Positions 40,539 through 51,918 of a stretch of DNA of 64,000 nucleotides are shown here, piece after piece; position 1 is the stretch's first letter; each line of letters starts with the position of its first letter. The notes beneath the pieces were generated by a model. That model worked only from the letters and a program-made list of their open reading frames with translations. It had not been told where the DNA came from and did no database searches. This stretch comes from Escherichia coli (GTDB lineage Bacteria > Pseudomonadota > Gammaproteobacteria > Enterobacterales > Enterobacteriaceae): the NCBI RefSeq assembly GCF_017348835.2, contig NZ_CP071375.1; one strand, written 5' to 3'. Both the position numbers and the translations under genes were made by a program.

Positions 40539-41846
40539 ATGAAACGTGTTTCTCAAATGACCGCGCTGGCAATGGCTTTAGGGCTGGCTTGCGCTTCTTC
40601 GTGGGCCGCTGAACTGGCGAAGCCTCTTACACTTGACCAGCTTCAACAACAAAATGGCAAAGCGATAGATACTCGCCCCAGCGCGTTTTATAACGGCTGG
40701 CCACAAACCTTAAATGGCCCTTCTGGTCATGAACCTGCCGCCTTAAACCTCTCTGCTAGCTGGCTTGACAAAATGAGCACCGAACAGCTAAACGCGTGGA
40801 TCAAGCAACATAACCTGAAAGCCGATGCCCCGGTGGCGCTGTACGGTAATGGCAAAGATGTCGACGCCGTCAAAACGCGACTGCAAAAAGCAGGTTTTAC
40901 GCATATCTCCATTCTGAGTGACGCGCTAAGCGAACCTTCCCGTCTGCAAAAACTGCCGCATTTTGAGCAGCTGGTTTATCCGCAATGGCTGCACGACCTG
41001 CAACAAGGTAAAGAGGTTACGGCGAAACCTGCCGGTGACTGGAAAGTCATTGAAGCGGCCTGGGGCGCTCCTAAGCTTTACCTTATCAGCCATATTCCCG
41101 GCGCTGACTACATCGATACCAACGAAGTGGAAAGTGAACCGCTGTGGAACAAAGTTTCTGATGAACAACTAAAAGCGATGCTGGCAAAACACGGCATTCG
41201 CCATGACACCACGGTCATTCTGTATGGGCGTGACGTATACGCTGCAGCGCGTGTGGCGCAGATTATGCTTTATGCCGGCGTGAAAGATGTCCGCCTGCTG
41301 GATGGCGGCTGGCAAACCTGGTCCGACGCGGGACTGCCCGTTGAGCGCGGAACGCCACCGAAAGTGAAAGCGGAACCGGATTTCGGCGTGAAGATCCCGG
41401 CACAACCGCAACTGATGCTCGATATGGAACAGGCCCGTGGACTGCTGCATCGCCAGGATGCATCGCTGGTGAGCATTCGTTCGTGGCCAGAATTTATCGG
41501 TACGACCAGCGGTTACAGCTATATTAAACCAAAAGGTGAAATAGCCGGAGCACGTTGGGGACACGCTGGTAGCGACTCGACGCATATGGAAGATTTCCAT
41601 AACCCGGATGGCACCATGCGTAGCGCCGATGATATTACCGCTATGTGGAAAGCATGGAATATCAAACCAGATCAGCAAGTTTCATTCTACTGCGGCACCG
41701 GCTGGCGCGCGTCCGAAACCTTTATGTACGCACGAGCAATGGGCTGGAATAACGTCTCCGTTTACGACGGCGGCTGGTACGAATGGAGCAGCGATCCAAA
41801 AAATCCGGTAGCAACCGGTGAACGCGGCCCGGACAGCAGCAAATAA
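40539..41846 (+). CDS. ynjE: Periplasmic multi-rhodanese-domain sulfurtransferase
   Basis: 435 aa protein from the ATG at 40539 (MKRVSQMTALAMALGLACASSWA...), with signal peptide and a C-terminal rhodanese active-site Cys (CGTGWRA). Confidence 0.9.
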   Translation: MKRVSQMTALAMALGLACASSWAAELAKPLTLDQLQQQNGKAIDTRPSAFYNGWPQTLNGPSGHEPAALNLSASWLDKMSTEQLNAWIKQHNLKADAPVALYGNGKDVDAVKTRLQKAGFTHISILSDALSEPSRLQKLPHFEQLVYPQWLHDLQQGKEVTAKPAGDWKVIEAAWGAPKLYLISHIPGADYIDTNEVESEPLWNKVSDEQLKAMLAKHGIRHDTTVILYGRDVYAAARVAQIMLYAGVKDVRLLDGGWQTWSDAGLPVERGTPPKVKAEPDFGVKIPAQPQLMLDMEQARGLLHRQDASLVSIRSWPEFIGTTSGYSYIKPKGEIAGARWGHAGSDSTHMEDFHNPDGTMRSADDITAMWKAWNIKPDQQVSFYCGTGWRASETFMYARAMGWNNVSVYDGGWYEWSSDPKNPVATGERGPDSSK

Positions 41847-41854
41847 CATTGCAA

Positions 41855-42481
41855 TTACTGACGCTGGAGCGACTTCAGCGTCAGATACCCACTCCACACC
41901 CGCGTAAAGGTCGTCATCCAGCACAACGCACCAAATACCCACGCAAACAACGGAAAACAGGTCGGAAAGAGGCAACTCAGAACAAACAGCAAAATCGTCT
42001 CGCTGCCTTCGGTTAACCCGCCCAGATAATAAAACGATTTATGCGCATAACCGGGATTATCAATCTGATGTTTCGCCGCCAGCGCAGCAAAAGCGAGAAA
42101 ACTGCTACCCGTGCCGATAAACGCAAACAGCAGCCAGCCGCCTGCCAGGGCGTTTTGCTGCGGTGCGGCGAGGATAAACCCAAAAGGCACCAGCGCGTAA
42201 AAAAGAAAATCGAGAAAAATATCAAGAAAGCCGCCCGCGTCGGTAAGCCCTCTGCGCCGCGCCAGCGCACCGTCCAGACCATCAAGCAGCCTGTTCAACA
42301 AAATGACGACTAGCGCCGCCAGATACCAGCCCAGCGCCAGAAACGGCAGAGCCAGCACGCCGATGGCAAATCCCACTAATGTTAAACCATCTGGCGTAAT
42401 GCCCGGTTTATCAAGAACCCGCACGCACTGATGCAACAACGGTTTAATCCGGGGATGAAGATGGCGGTCTAGCACAGGCAC
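41855..42481 (-). CDS. ynjF: CDP-alcohol phosphatidyltransferase-family membrane protein
   Basis: 208 aa ORF with the motif D-G-x2-A-R (LDGLDGALARRRG); recognised as YnjF. My reading of the exact start codon from the sequence text was inconsistent by 2 nt, so track coordinates are kept. Confidence 0.8.
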   Translation of the reverse strand: MPVLDRHLHPRIKPLLHQCVRVLDKPGITPDGLTLVGFAIGVLALPFLALGWYLAALVVILLNRLLDGLDGALARRRGLTDAGGFLDIFLDFLFYALVPFGFILAAPQQNALAGGWLLFAFIGTGSSFLAFAALAAKHQIDNPGYAHKSFYYLGGLTEGSETILLFVLSCLFPTCFPLFAWVFGALCWMTTFTRVWSGYLTLKSLQRQ

Positions 42482-42561
42482 TCCTTAAATATAAAGCCTT
42501 TCTGATTGAGCAACAGTGCGGATATTATGGCATTTTTCGCTTATCTGCCCGTGTGTAATTT

Positions 42562-42969
42562 ATGAAAATGATTGAAGTTGTTGCCGCCATCATTGAACGT
42601 GATGGCAAAATTTTACTCGCGCAACGCCCCGCCCAGCGCGATCAGGCGGGATTATGGGAGTTTGCCGGTGGTAAAGTCGAGCTGGATGAAAGCCAGCAGC
42701 AGGCGCTGGTGCGTGAGTTAAACGAAGAATTGGGCATCGAAGCAACTGTGGGTGAGTATGTTGCCAGCCATCAGCGAGAAGTTTCGGGGCGGATTATCCA
42801 TCTTCATGCCTGGCACGTACCCGACTTCCACGGGACGTTACAGGCACATGAACATCAGGCGCTGGTCTGGTGCTCACCTGAAGAGGCGCTGCAATATCCG
42901 CTGGCCCCTGCTGACATTCCACTATTAGAGGCGTTTATGGCTTTACGCGCCGCCAGACCAGCGGATTAG
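42562..42969 (+). CDS. nudG: Nudix hydrolase (CTP / 5-methyl-dCTP pyrophosphohydrolase)
   Basis: 135 aa ORF with the Nudix box (GGKVELDESQQQALVRELNEELGI); recognised as NudG. Confidence 0.9.
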   Translation: MKMIEVVAAIIERDGKILLAQRPAQRDQAGLWEFAGGKVELDESQQQALVRELNEELGIEATVGEYVASHQREVSGRIIHLHAWHVPDFHGTLQAHEHQALVWCSPEEALQYPLAPADIPLLEAFMALRAARPAD

Positions 42970-43207
42970 TGCTAAGGGTTTTGTCATCACGCTGGCATTG
43001 CAGCAGTATTCCCTCGGCTTTAATTACCGCTCCTTCAGAATAATTTTTATCCTGATAAACGCAGCACTGAGTACAGGGCTGCGCTGACTGCCCGCCTGAA
43101 CTGAACACTTCTGGCGGTACGTTTACCTCCACGTCCGGACGATAATGCGGGTTAGCCAGTGCAATTAATGGAAATGCTAATACTACGGCGAACAATGCTC
43201 GACTCAC
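42935..43207 (-). CDS. ynjH: DUF1496-family secreted small protein
   Basis: 90 aa ORF with signal peptide; recognised as YnjH; its 3' end overlaps the nudG 3' end by 35 bp (convergent). Confidence 0.8.
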   Translation of the reverse strand: MSRALFAVVLAFPLIALANPHYRPDVEVNVPPEVFSSGGQSAQPCTQCCVYQDKNYSEGAVIKAEGILLQCQRDDKTLSTNPLVWRRVKP

Positions 43208-43442
43208 AGGGAACTCCTTAACGTTATTGTCTCTGCTACTGATAACGGTAGCCGGGTGGCAAAACTTTAGCGTCTGAGTTATCGCATTTGGTTATGAGAT
43301 TACTCTCGTTATTAATTTGCTTTCCTGGGTCATTTTTTTCTTGCTTACCGTCACATTCTTGATGGTATAGTCGAAAACTGCAAAAGCACATCACATAAAC
43401 AACATAAGCACAATCGTATTAATATATAAGGGTTTTATATCT

Positions 43443-44786
43443 ATGGATCAGACATATTCTCTGGAGTCATTCCTCAACCATGTCCAAAAGCGCGACCCGA
43501 ATCAAACCGAGTTCGCGCAAGCCGTTCGTGAAGTAATGACCACACTCTGGCCTTTTCTTGAACAAAATCCAAAATATCGCCAGATGTCATTACTGGAGCG
43601 TCTGGTTGAACCGGAGCGCGTGATCCAGTTTCGCGTGGTATGGGTTGATGATCGCAATCAGGTACAGGTCAACCGTGCATGGCGTGTGCAGTTCAGCTCT
43701 GCCATCGGCCCGTACAAAGGCGGTATGCGTTTCCATCCGTCAGTTAACCTCTCCATTCTTAAATTCCTCGGCTTCGAACAAACCTTCAAAAATGCCCTGA
43801 CTACTCTGCCGATGGGCGGTGGTAAAGGCGGCAGCGATTTCGACCCGAAAGGTAAAAGCGAAGGCGAAGTGATGCGTTTCTGCCAGGCGCTGATGACTGA
43901 ACTGTATCGCCACCTGGGCGCGGATACCGACGTTCCGGCAGGTGATATCGGCGTTGGTGGTCGTGAAGTCGGCTTTATGGCGGGGATGATGAAAAAGCTC
44001 TCCAACAATACCGCCTGCGTCTTCACCGGTAAGGGCCTTTCATTTGGCGGCAGTCTTATTCGCCCGGAAGCTACCGGCTACGGTCTGGTTTATTTCACAG
44101 AAGCAATGCTAAAACGCCACGGTATGGGTTTTGAAGGGATGCGCGTTTCCGTTTCTGGCTCCGGCAACGTCGCCCAGTACGCTATCGAAAAAGCGATGGA
44201 ATTTGGTGCTCGTGTGATCACTGCGTCAGACTCCAGCGGCACTGTAGTTGATGAAAGCGGATTCACGAAAGAGAAGCTGGCACGTCTTATCGAAATCAAA
44301 GCCAGCCGCGATGGTCGAGTGGCAGATTACGCCAAAGAATTTGGTCTGGTCTATCTCGAAGGCCAACAGCCGTGGTCTGTACCGGTTGATATCGCCCTGC
44401 CTTGCGCCACCCAGAACGAACTGGATGTTGACGCCGCGCATCAGCTTATCGCCAATGGCGTTAAAGCCGTCGCCGAAGGGGCAAATATGCCGACCACCAT
44501 CGAAGCGACTGAACTGTTCCAGCAGGCAGGCGTACTGTTTGCACCGGGTAAAGCGGCTAATGCTGGCGGTGTAGCAACATCGGGCCTGGAAATGGCACAA
44601 AACGCTGCGCGCCTGGGCTGGAAAGCCGAGAAAGTTGACGCACGTTTGCATCACATCATGCTTGATATCCACCATGCCTGTGTTGAGCATGGTGGTGAAG
44701 GTGAGCAAACCAACTACGTGCAGGGCGCGAACATTGCCGGTTTTGTGAAGGTTGCCGATGCGATGCTGGCGCAGGGTGTGATTTAA
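43443..44786 (+). CDS. gdhA: NADP-specific glutamate dehydrogenase
   Basis: 447 aa ORF recognised as GdhA (MDQTYSLESFLNHVQKRDPNQTEFAQAV...); Glu/Leu/Phe/Val dehydrogenase family. Confidence 0.97.
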   Translation: MDQTYSLESFLNHVQKRDPNQTEFAQAVREVMTTLWPFLEQNPKYRQMSLLERLVEPERVIQFRVVWVDDRNQVQVNRAWRVQFSSAIGPYKGGMRFHPSVNLSILKFLGFEQTFKNALTTLPMGGGKGGSDFDPKGKSEGEVMRFCQALMTELYRHLGADTDVPAGDIGVGGREVGFMAGMMKKLSNNTACVFTGKGLSFGGSLIRPEATGYGLVYFTEAMLKRHGMGFEGMRVSVSGSGNVAQYAIEKAMEFGARVITASDSSGTVVDESGFTKEKLARLIEIKASRDGRVADYAKEFGLVYLEGQQPWSVPVDIALPCATQNELDVDAAHQLIANGVKAVAEGANMPTTIEATELFQQAGVLFAPGKAANAGGVATSGLEMAQNAARLGWKAEKVDARLHHIMLDIHHACVEHGGEGEQTNYVQGANIAGFVKVADAMLAQGVI

Positions 44787-44795
44787 GTTGTAAAT

Positions 44796-44890
44796 GCCTG
44801 ATGGCGCTACGCTTATCAGGCCTACAAATGGGCACAATTCATTGCAGTTACGTTCTAATGTAGGCCGGGCAAGCGCAGCGCCCCCGGCAA
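44796..44890. repeat. REP / BIME palindromic repeats downstream of gdhA (boundaries approximate)
   Basis: GCCTGATGGCGCTACGCTTATCAGGCCTACA followed by an inverted TGTAGGCCGGGCAAGCGCAGCGCCCCCGGCA unit; typical REP consensus. Confidence 0.55.
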
Positions 44891-44902
44891 AATTTCAGGC
44901 GT

Positions 44903-45943
44903 TTATGAGTATTTAACGGATGATGCTCCCCAGGGAACATTTCTTATGGGCCAACGGCATTTCTTACTGTAGTGCTCCCAAAACTGCTTGTCGTAACGAT
45001 AACACGCTTCAAGTTCAGCATCCGTTAACTTTCTGCGATAGCAGCAGATATGCCAGTAAAGAAATCCCATTAGACTATTTTTTTGATAATCTTCTTCGCT
45101 TTCGAACAACTCGTGCGCCTTTCGAGAAGCAAGCATTATATAATGCCAGGCCAGTTCTTCTTCAATTGTCCCGTTTTGAAAAGCTGTGCTTGATATCGAG
45201 ATCATCCATGATAATTCCGCCGCCCATATTAGCTTCGCCGAGGATTTACCGGAGCGATTATTAGCGCAATCAGAGATATAGTCTGAGGGAAAAACAGCAA
45301 ATTTATTCAACAAGGCGATAACCTGCTCTGGGGCTTCCTCCATGTTTGCTTTAAAGGTATTGGCTCCATGGTCGCCAGAAAGAAAATGCTCCATTAAGGC
45401 ACAATAACTTTCGCTATCTTCGATACCCCATTGATTCTCTAAAGACTCGCGTCTTTTACTGATGATATCGATCGAGTCAAAAGGAAGCACATGATATTGG
45501 AAGGTATCTTTGCCAGGTTCAGGCTTTCGCGGCCAGAACTCTAGCGTTTCAGACCATTGCTTATGATAGAATCGATAAGGTGCGATCAATTGTAGCGCCT
45601 GTAACTTCTCGATACTGAGCGGCTCAATACCTTTAGCCTGATAATAATGCAGTTGTTCTTTTTTTGCTTTAAAACCGGCCCGAACAATAAGCCCCATCAT
45701 AATTAATAGATAAAGAAAAGAGCATCCCGCGGTAATCAGGCCTCTTTCATTCAAACCGTTGGATGTTATCGCTGCGAATACAAACATTACAGCGACAACA
45801 CATGTTAAATAACCCCCCCACTTACAAAGCAGCATGGCCTTATTTTCTTTAATCATCCGTTCAAAATTACTATTAAATATTTCCCAGCCATTAAAAGAAT
45901 ACTTCTCGCTCCCAGGATGGTTTTGTAATAAAACTTTTTTCAT
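44903..45943 (-). CDS. ynjI: DUF1266-family inner-membrane protein YnjI
   Basis: Track ORF of 367 aa; the internal ATG at 45943 gives the 346 aa protein MKKVLLQNHPGSEKYSF... recognised as YnjI. Confidence 0.8.
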   Translation of the reverse strand: MKKVLLQNHPGSEKYSFNGWEIFNSNFERMIKENKAMLLCKWGGYLTCVVAVMFVFAAITSNGLNERGLITAGCSFLYLLIMMGLIVRAGFKAKKEQLHYYQAKGIEPLSIEKLQALQLIAPYRFYHKQWSETLEFWPRKPEPGKDTFQYHVLPFDSIDIISKRRESLENQWGIEDSESYCALMEHFLSGDHGANTFKANMEEAPEQVIALLNKFAVFPSDYISDCANNRSGKSSAKLIWAAELSWMISISSTAFQNGTIEEELAWHYIMLASRKAHELFESEEDYQKNSLMGFLYWHICCYRRKLTDAELEACYRYDKQFWEHYSKKCRWPIRNVPWGASSVKYS

Positions 45944-46070
45944 CACATTCCCTGTTATTACATACTTTAGAGGCGATAATTTTATCCATGCAAAAAAAAT
46001 ATCCAACGAATTTTCTTGATCCGCTGGATATTTCAGAATATGACTCGAATAGCACGAAAGATTCGCTCGC

Positions 46071-48032
46071 TTACGCTATCGCCCCGCTTCCGGCTTCATC
46101 TGCTGGCGGACTTTTTTTCGCACTACGTTTACGCGGTGCAGCCTTTTTCTTATCAGCACTGCCACCACTGCCCGGAGCCACAATGCCGCGAAACTGCCGC
46201 ACCGGAGTACGTTTGGCTTGATCAATAAGCTGATATAGCGTCCCCACCAGCGGCTGCATAAAGTCCTGATAGCGACACTGCTTTTCGCTGATTTGCGTCA
46301 GCACCGATTCCCAGTGCGCGGTCATGTCCGGTCGCGTAGCCATTTCTGGCAGCGAATGGAATAACGCTTTTCCGGCGTCGGTGGAGTGGATATAGCGCCC
46401 TTTTTTGGTCAGGAAACCACGCTTGAACAACAGTTCAATAATCCCGGCACGGGTTGCTTCTGTCCCCAGACCATCGGTCGCACGAAGGATCTTTTTCAGA
46501 TCTTTGTCCTGCACAAAGCGCGCGATCCCGGTCATTGCCGAAAGCAGTGTTGCATCGGTAAAATGGCGCGGCGGCTGGGTTTGCCGCTCTACCACTTCAC
46601 CTTTTTCACACAGCAACTCATCGCCTTTCGCCACCACAGGCAATGGCGTACCGTCGTTTTCTTCATCGCGCTCTTTGCTGCCTAACAGCGTGCGCCAGCC
46701 TGCTTCAGCAAGAAAACGCGCTTTAGCGACAAATTTGCCTTTGGCAATGTCCAGTTCGATAACACACTTGCGGAACACCGCATCCGGGCAGAACTGCATC
46801 AAGTACTGACGGGCAATCAGGTTATAGACCTTCGCTTCGTTCTCCGTCAGGTTGATCGCAGAACTCCGTGCGGTCGGAATGATGGCGTGGTGCGCATCGA
46901 CCTTTTTGTCATCCCAACAGCGGTTGCGTATATCTGGATCTACCACTGGCTGCGGCAACAGATCTGGTGCATGAACGCTGATGGCATTCATCACCGCGTG
47001 GCGTCCGGCAAAATGTTCTTCTGGCAAATAGCGACAATCGGAACGCGGATAAGTGATTAGCTTGTGCGTTTCGTACAGCTTCTGGCAGATATCAAGCACG
47101 TTCTGCGCGCTCAGACCAAAGCGTTTTGCCGCTTCAATCTGCAACGCCGAAAGCGAAAACGGCAGCGGCGCGGATTCTGATTCCCGTTTATCGTTATAGC
47201 TGGTGACAATAGCCGGTTGACCACTAATGCGGTTAACCACATGCTCCGCCAGTGGACGATGTAACAAGCGCCCTTCTTCATCCTGGTACGGTTCACACGC
47301 TTCGCTCGGTTGCCAGATAGCGGTAAACCGCTCATCGGCAGGTGTCACGATATGTGCTTTGACTTCAAAGAAGTCTTTCGCCACGAAGTTTTCAATCTCT
47401 TCATCGCGGCGCACCACCAGCCCGAGCACGGGTGTCTGTACGCGTCCCACGGAAAGTACGCCCTGATAACCGGCATTGCGACCGAGAATGGTATACGCAC
47501 GGGTCATATTGATGCCGTACAGCCAGTCGGCACGCGCTCGCGCCAGCGCAGAAACGCACAATGGCACAAACTCACTGTTGGACCGAAGACGGTCGATTGC
47601 CCGCTCAACCGCCTGCGGGTTCAGGTCGTTTATCAAGCAACGCTGCACCTGCTGGCGCTTTTCCGGTGCCAGTTGCAGATAGTCCAGCACTTCATCCACC
47701 AGCAGTTGCCCTTCACGATCCGGGTCCCCGGCGTGAACGATTTCGCTGGCTTCATGCAGGAACCGTTTGATGACGTTAAGTTGTTTGGTCACGGAGGGTC
47801 GGGGCTGTAATTGCCACTTTTCCGGGACAATCGGCAAATCCGCAAGATTCCAGCGCGCATAGCGGCTGTCGTAGGCGTCTGGCTGCGCCTGCTCAAGCAG
47901 GTGACCGATACACCAGGTCACCACCTGACCATTACCGCACTCGATAAAGCCATCGCCTTTCCGGTGCGGTTTGGGCAGGACATCAGCAATGGCGCGCGCC
48001 AGACTCGGTTTTTCGGCAATAAACAACCGCAT
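46071..48032 (-). CDS. topB: DNA topoisomerase III
   Basis: Track ORF of 672 aa; the ATG at 48032 gives the 653 aa protein [21 protein letters not shown]... recognised as TopB (type IA topoisomerase, TOPRIM N-terminus). Confidence 0.95.
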   Translation of the reverse strand: MRLFIAEKPSLARAIADVLPKPHRKGDGFIECGNGQVVTWCIGHLLEQAQPDAYDSRYARWNLADLPIVPEKWQLQPRPSVTKQLNVIKRFLHEASEIVHAGDPDREGQLLVDEVLDYLQLAPEKRQQVQRCLINDLNPQAVERAIDRLRSNSEFVPLCVSALARARADWLYGINMTRAYTILGRNAGYQGVLSVGRVQTPVLGLVVRRDEEIENFVAKDFFEVKAHIVTPADERFTAIWQPSEACEPYQDEEGRLLHRPLAEHVVNRISGQPAIVTSYNDKRESESAPLPFSLSALQIEAAKRFGLSAQNVLDICQKLYETHKLITYPRSDCRYLPEEHFAGRHAVMNAISVHAPDLLPQPVVDPDIRNRCWDDKKVDAHHAIIPTARSSAINLTENEAKVYNLIARQYLMQFCPDAVFRKCVIELDIAKGKFVAKARFLAEAGWRTLLGSKERDEENDGTPLPVVAKGDELLCEKGEVVERQTQPPRHFTDATLLSAMTGIARFVQDKDLKKILRATDGLGTEATRAGIIELLFKRGFLTKKGRYIHSTDAGKALFHSLPEMATRPDMTAHWESVLTQISEKQCRYQDFMQPLVGTLYQLIDQAKRTPVRQFRGIVAPGSGGSADKKKAAPRKRSAKKSPPADEAGSGAIA

Positions 48033-48036
48033 TGAA

Positions 48037-49080
48037 TTAACGAATCTCAACCATGGCACGACCGCCGCGCGCTGGCACCAGTTCGCCAATCGCCGTCAGT
48101 TCAATGCCAAACTCGGCGGCTGTAGCTTTAACCTCATTTTCTGCTTCCGGCATGACCGCCAGCAGCAAACCGCCAGAAGTTTGCGGATCGCACAGCAAAT
48201 CGCGCACTTCACGCGGCATTTCACCCATCAGATGACCGTAGCTGGCAAAGTTACGTTCGGTGCCGCCAGGCACTGCGCCCAACTTAATGTACTCTTCAAC
48301 CCCCGGCAATTTTGGGATCGCGTCATAGTCAACGCGCGCCTGCACACCTGCGCCCTGACACATTTCGCTCAAATGGCCCAGCAGACCAAAACCAGTAACG
48401 TCGGTCATCGCTTTTACGCCTTCGATGTTGGCAAAGGACGCGCCTGCGATGTTCATCCGGCACATCACTTCCGTCGCCAGTCCCTGATGTTCTGGTTTCA
48501 GCAGTGATTTTTTCTCAGCCGTGGTAAGAACGCCGATCCCCAGCGGTTTCGTCAGGAACAGTTTGCATCCGGCTTGTGCGGTACTGTTTTTCTTCACCCG
48601 CTCGGTCGGTACGATCCCCGTTACCGCCAGACCAAAAATCGGCTCCGGCGCATCGATGGAGTGACCGCCAGCCAGCGCAATACCCGCCTGACGGCATGCA
48701 TAGCGTCCACCTTCGGTTACTTCGCGGGCAATTTCCGGGGAAAGTTTGTTAATCGGCCAGCCGAGGATCGCAATCGCCATAATCGGTTTGCCCCCCATCG
48801 CGAAGATATCGCTGATGGCGTTAGTCGCCGCAATGCGGCCAAAATCGAAAGGATTATCAACGATCGGCATAAAGAAGTCGGTGGTACTGATAACGCTGGT
48901 GCCATTGCCCAGATCGTACACCGCCGCATCGTCGCGGGTTTCATTACCCACAAGCAAATTCGGATCAACAAACTTCGCCTGCTCACTGTGCAGGATGGTT
49001 TCCAACACTTTTGGGGAAATTTTACAGCCGCAACCAGCTCCGTGGCTGTATTGGGTCAAACGAATCGAGTTCTCGCTCAT
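48037..49080 (-). CDS. selD: Selenide, water dikinase (selenophosphate synthetase)
   Basis: 347 aa protein from [23 protein letters not shown]...; recognised as SelD with active-site Cys-17 motif. Its stop lies 4 nt upstream of the topB start (operon). Confidence 0.95.
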
Positions 49081-49196
49081 GGACATCTCCTGTCAATGCA
49101 ATCCGGGTATGGTAACCCTCATTCCGTGAAGTGATAAGTGAGAGTGTCTGAATTCCTGCGCCTTTGCTCACAATCCAGACAGTTTCGCGACAATTA

Positions 49197-49748
49197 TCAG
49201 AAATAAGTTACAAACGGCGTCGGGTCCGGGACGTTTATCGACGTAGATGCTTTCAGCTGCGGCGTGCCGAGGTAGAGAAAACCGACAATTTTATCCTGCT
49301 CACGGCAACCGAATGCTTCACGCACTACCGGACTTTCAGTTAATGCGCCACTGCGCCAGATGCCGCCAAATCCCTGGGCAACGGCTGCCATTTGCATCGC
49401 CATGACCGCGCATCCGGCAGACATTTCCTGTTCCCATCGCGGGACTTTATGATTTTCTTCGCATTTCGCCACCACCGTGATGATGAGCGGTGCGCGGAAC
49501 GGCGCATTACGGGCTTTGTCGATAGCTTTGTCATCACTACCGGCAGCAATCGCCCCCTGTTCCAGTACGGCGCTGAAACGCTCGCGCCCTTCCCCTTCAA
49601 TCACAAAAAAATGCCACGGTTGCATGGACTTATGGTCTGGCGCGCGCATACCCGCACGCAGGATGTTTTGCAGTTGTTCACCCGTTGGTGCGGGTTCAGC
49701 CAGGCGGGAGGCGCTACGGCGATTGATCAATAGTTCGAGTGCATCCAT
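49197..49748 (-). CDS. ydjA: NAD(P)H nitroreductase-family protein
   Basis: 183 aa ORF recognised as YdjA. Confidence 0.9.
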   Translation of the reverse strand: MDALELLINRRSASRLAEPAPTGEQLQNILRAGMRAPDHKSMQPWHFFVIEGEGRERFSAVLEQGAIAAGSDDKAIDKARNAPFRAPLIITVVAKCEENHKVPRWEQEMSAGCAVMAMQMAAVAQGFGGIWRSGALTESPVVREAFGCREQDKIVGFLYLGTPQLKASTSINVPDPTPFVTYF

Positions 49749-49908
49749 TTGATTAACTCCTGTCGTGATATTTATTCACAAAATTAACACGAGAGTGGAT
49801 TTTGTTACAGCACAGTCCGCAATTCCTGCTGACAAGTGCCGGTTGGGTCATTACGATAACCACATCTATTGCGCCTGTGACAGGTGTGACCTTAAGTTGG
49901 GAGAATAC

Positions 49909-51765
49909 ATGCGAACCCTTTGGCGATTTATTGCCGGATTTTTTAAATGGACGTGGCGTCTGCTGAATTTCGTCCGTGAAATGGTACTTAACCTGTTCTT
50001 TATTTTTCTCGTGCTGGTTGGTGTGGGGATCTGGATGCAGGTCAGTGGTGGTGATTCGAAAGAAACGGCCAGTCGTGGCGCACTGCTGCTGGACATTTCT
50101 GGTGTGATCGTCGATAAACCCGACAGTTCTCAGCGGTTTAGTAAATTAAGCCGCCAGCTGCTTGGTGCCAGTTCCGATCGTCTGCAGGAAAACTCACTGT
50201 TTGATATCGTCAACACCATTCGCCAGGCGAAGGACGACCGCAATATCACCGGTATCGTGATGGATCTGAAAAACTTCGCAGGCGGCGACCAGCCGTCTAT
50301 GCAGTACATCGGCAAAGCCCTGAAAGAGTTTCGTGACAGCGGGAAACCGGTTTATGCCGTTGGCGAGAACTACAGCCAGGGGCAATATTATCTCGCCAGT
50401 TTCGCCAATAAAATTTGGCTGTCACCGCAAGGCGTGGTTGATCTGCACGGTTTTGCTACCAACGGTCTGTACTACAAATCGTTGCTGGATAAGCTGAAAG
50501 TTTCCACCCATGTGTTCCGTGTGGGTACGTATAAATCTGCCGTTGAACCATTTATTCGTGATGATATGTCACCGGCAGCCCGCGAAGCTGACAGCCGCTG
50601 GATTGGTGAGCTGTGGCAAAACTATCTGAATACTGTTGCCGCTAACCGGCAGATCCCTGCTCAGCAGGTATTCCCTGGCGCGCAAGGGTTGCTTGAGAGT
50701 TTAACCAAAACCGGTGGCGATACCGCGAAATATGCACTGGAAAACAAGCTGGTCGATGCACTGGCATCGAGTGCCGAAATCGAAAAAGCTCTGACCAAAG
50801 AGTTCGGCTGGAGTAAGACTGATAAAAATTATCGCGCCATCAGTTATTACGATTACGCATTGAAAACGCCGGCAGATACCGGTGACAGCATCGGTGTCGT
50901 CTTCGCTAATGGCGCAATTATGGATGGCGAGGAAACTCAGGGGAATGTTGGCGGTGATACCACTGCGGCACAAATCCGCGACGCTCGCCTTGACCCGAAA
51001 GTGAAAGCGATTGTCCTGCGTGTTAATAGCCCAGGCGGCAGCGTTACCGCGTCTGAAGTGATTCGCGCTGAACTGGCAGCAGCCCGGGCAGCGGGTAAGC
51101 CTGTGGTTGTATCGATGGGCGGCATGGCGGCATCTGGTGGTTACTGGATTTCCACGCCAGCTAATTACATTGTGGCTAACCCCAGCACCCTGACCGGTTC
51201 TATTGGTATCTTCGGCGTGATCACCACCGTAGAAAATAGTCTGGATTCGATTGGTGTTCATACTGATGGTGTCTCAACTTCACCGCTGGCAGATGTTTCT
51301 ATCACCAGGGCACTGCCGCCGGAAGCGCAGCAGATGATGCAGTTAAGCATTGAGAATGGCTATAAACGCTTTATCACGCTGGTTGCTGATGCGCGTCATT
51401 CGACGCCGGAGCAGATTGATAAAATCGCCCAGGGCCACGTCTGGACCGGTCAGGATGCAAAAGCTAACGGGCTGGTCGATAGTCTCGGGGATTTCGATGA
51501 TGCGGTCGCCAAAGCAGCAGAGCTGGCAAAAGTGAAACAGTGGCATCTGGAATATTACGTTGATGAACCGACCTTCTTCGACAAAGTGATGGACAACATG
51601 TCTGGTTCTGTCCGGGCAATGTTGCCAGATGCGTTCCAGGCCATGTTACCTGCACCGCTGGCCTCGGTAGCCTCTACCGTTAAAAGTGAAAGCGACAAGC
51701 TGGCGGCGTTTAACGACCCACAAAACCGTTATGCGTTTTGCCTGACCTGCGCCAACGTGCGTTAA
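49909..51765 (+). CDS. sppA: Signal peptide peptidase A (protease IV)
   Basis: Track ORF of 666 aa; the ATG at 49909 (GGGA Shine-Dalgarno upstream) gives the 618 aa protein [18 protein letters not shown]... recognised as SppA. Confidence 0.93.
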
Positions 51766-51918
51766 GTCTTGTACTGAGTGGCCGACAGATCGTCGGCCAT
51801 ATTTTTAATCCTCTTCCCGCTGTCTCGCCCCATATTTCCTTATCCGCATAGTATCAGGTGCGCTCCCCCTGCCTCACGTATATACTTTTGCTCTTTCGAT
51901 ATCATTCATATCAATATC

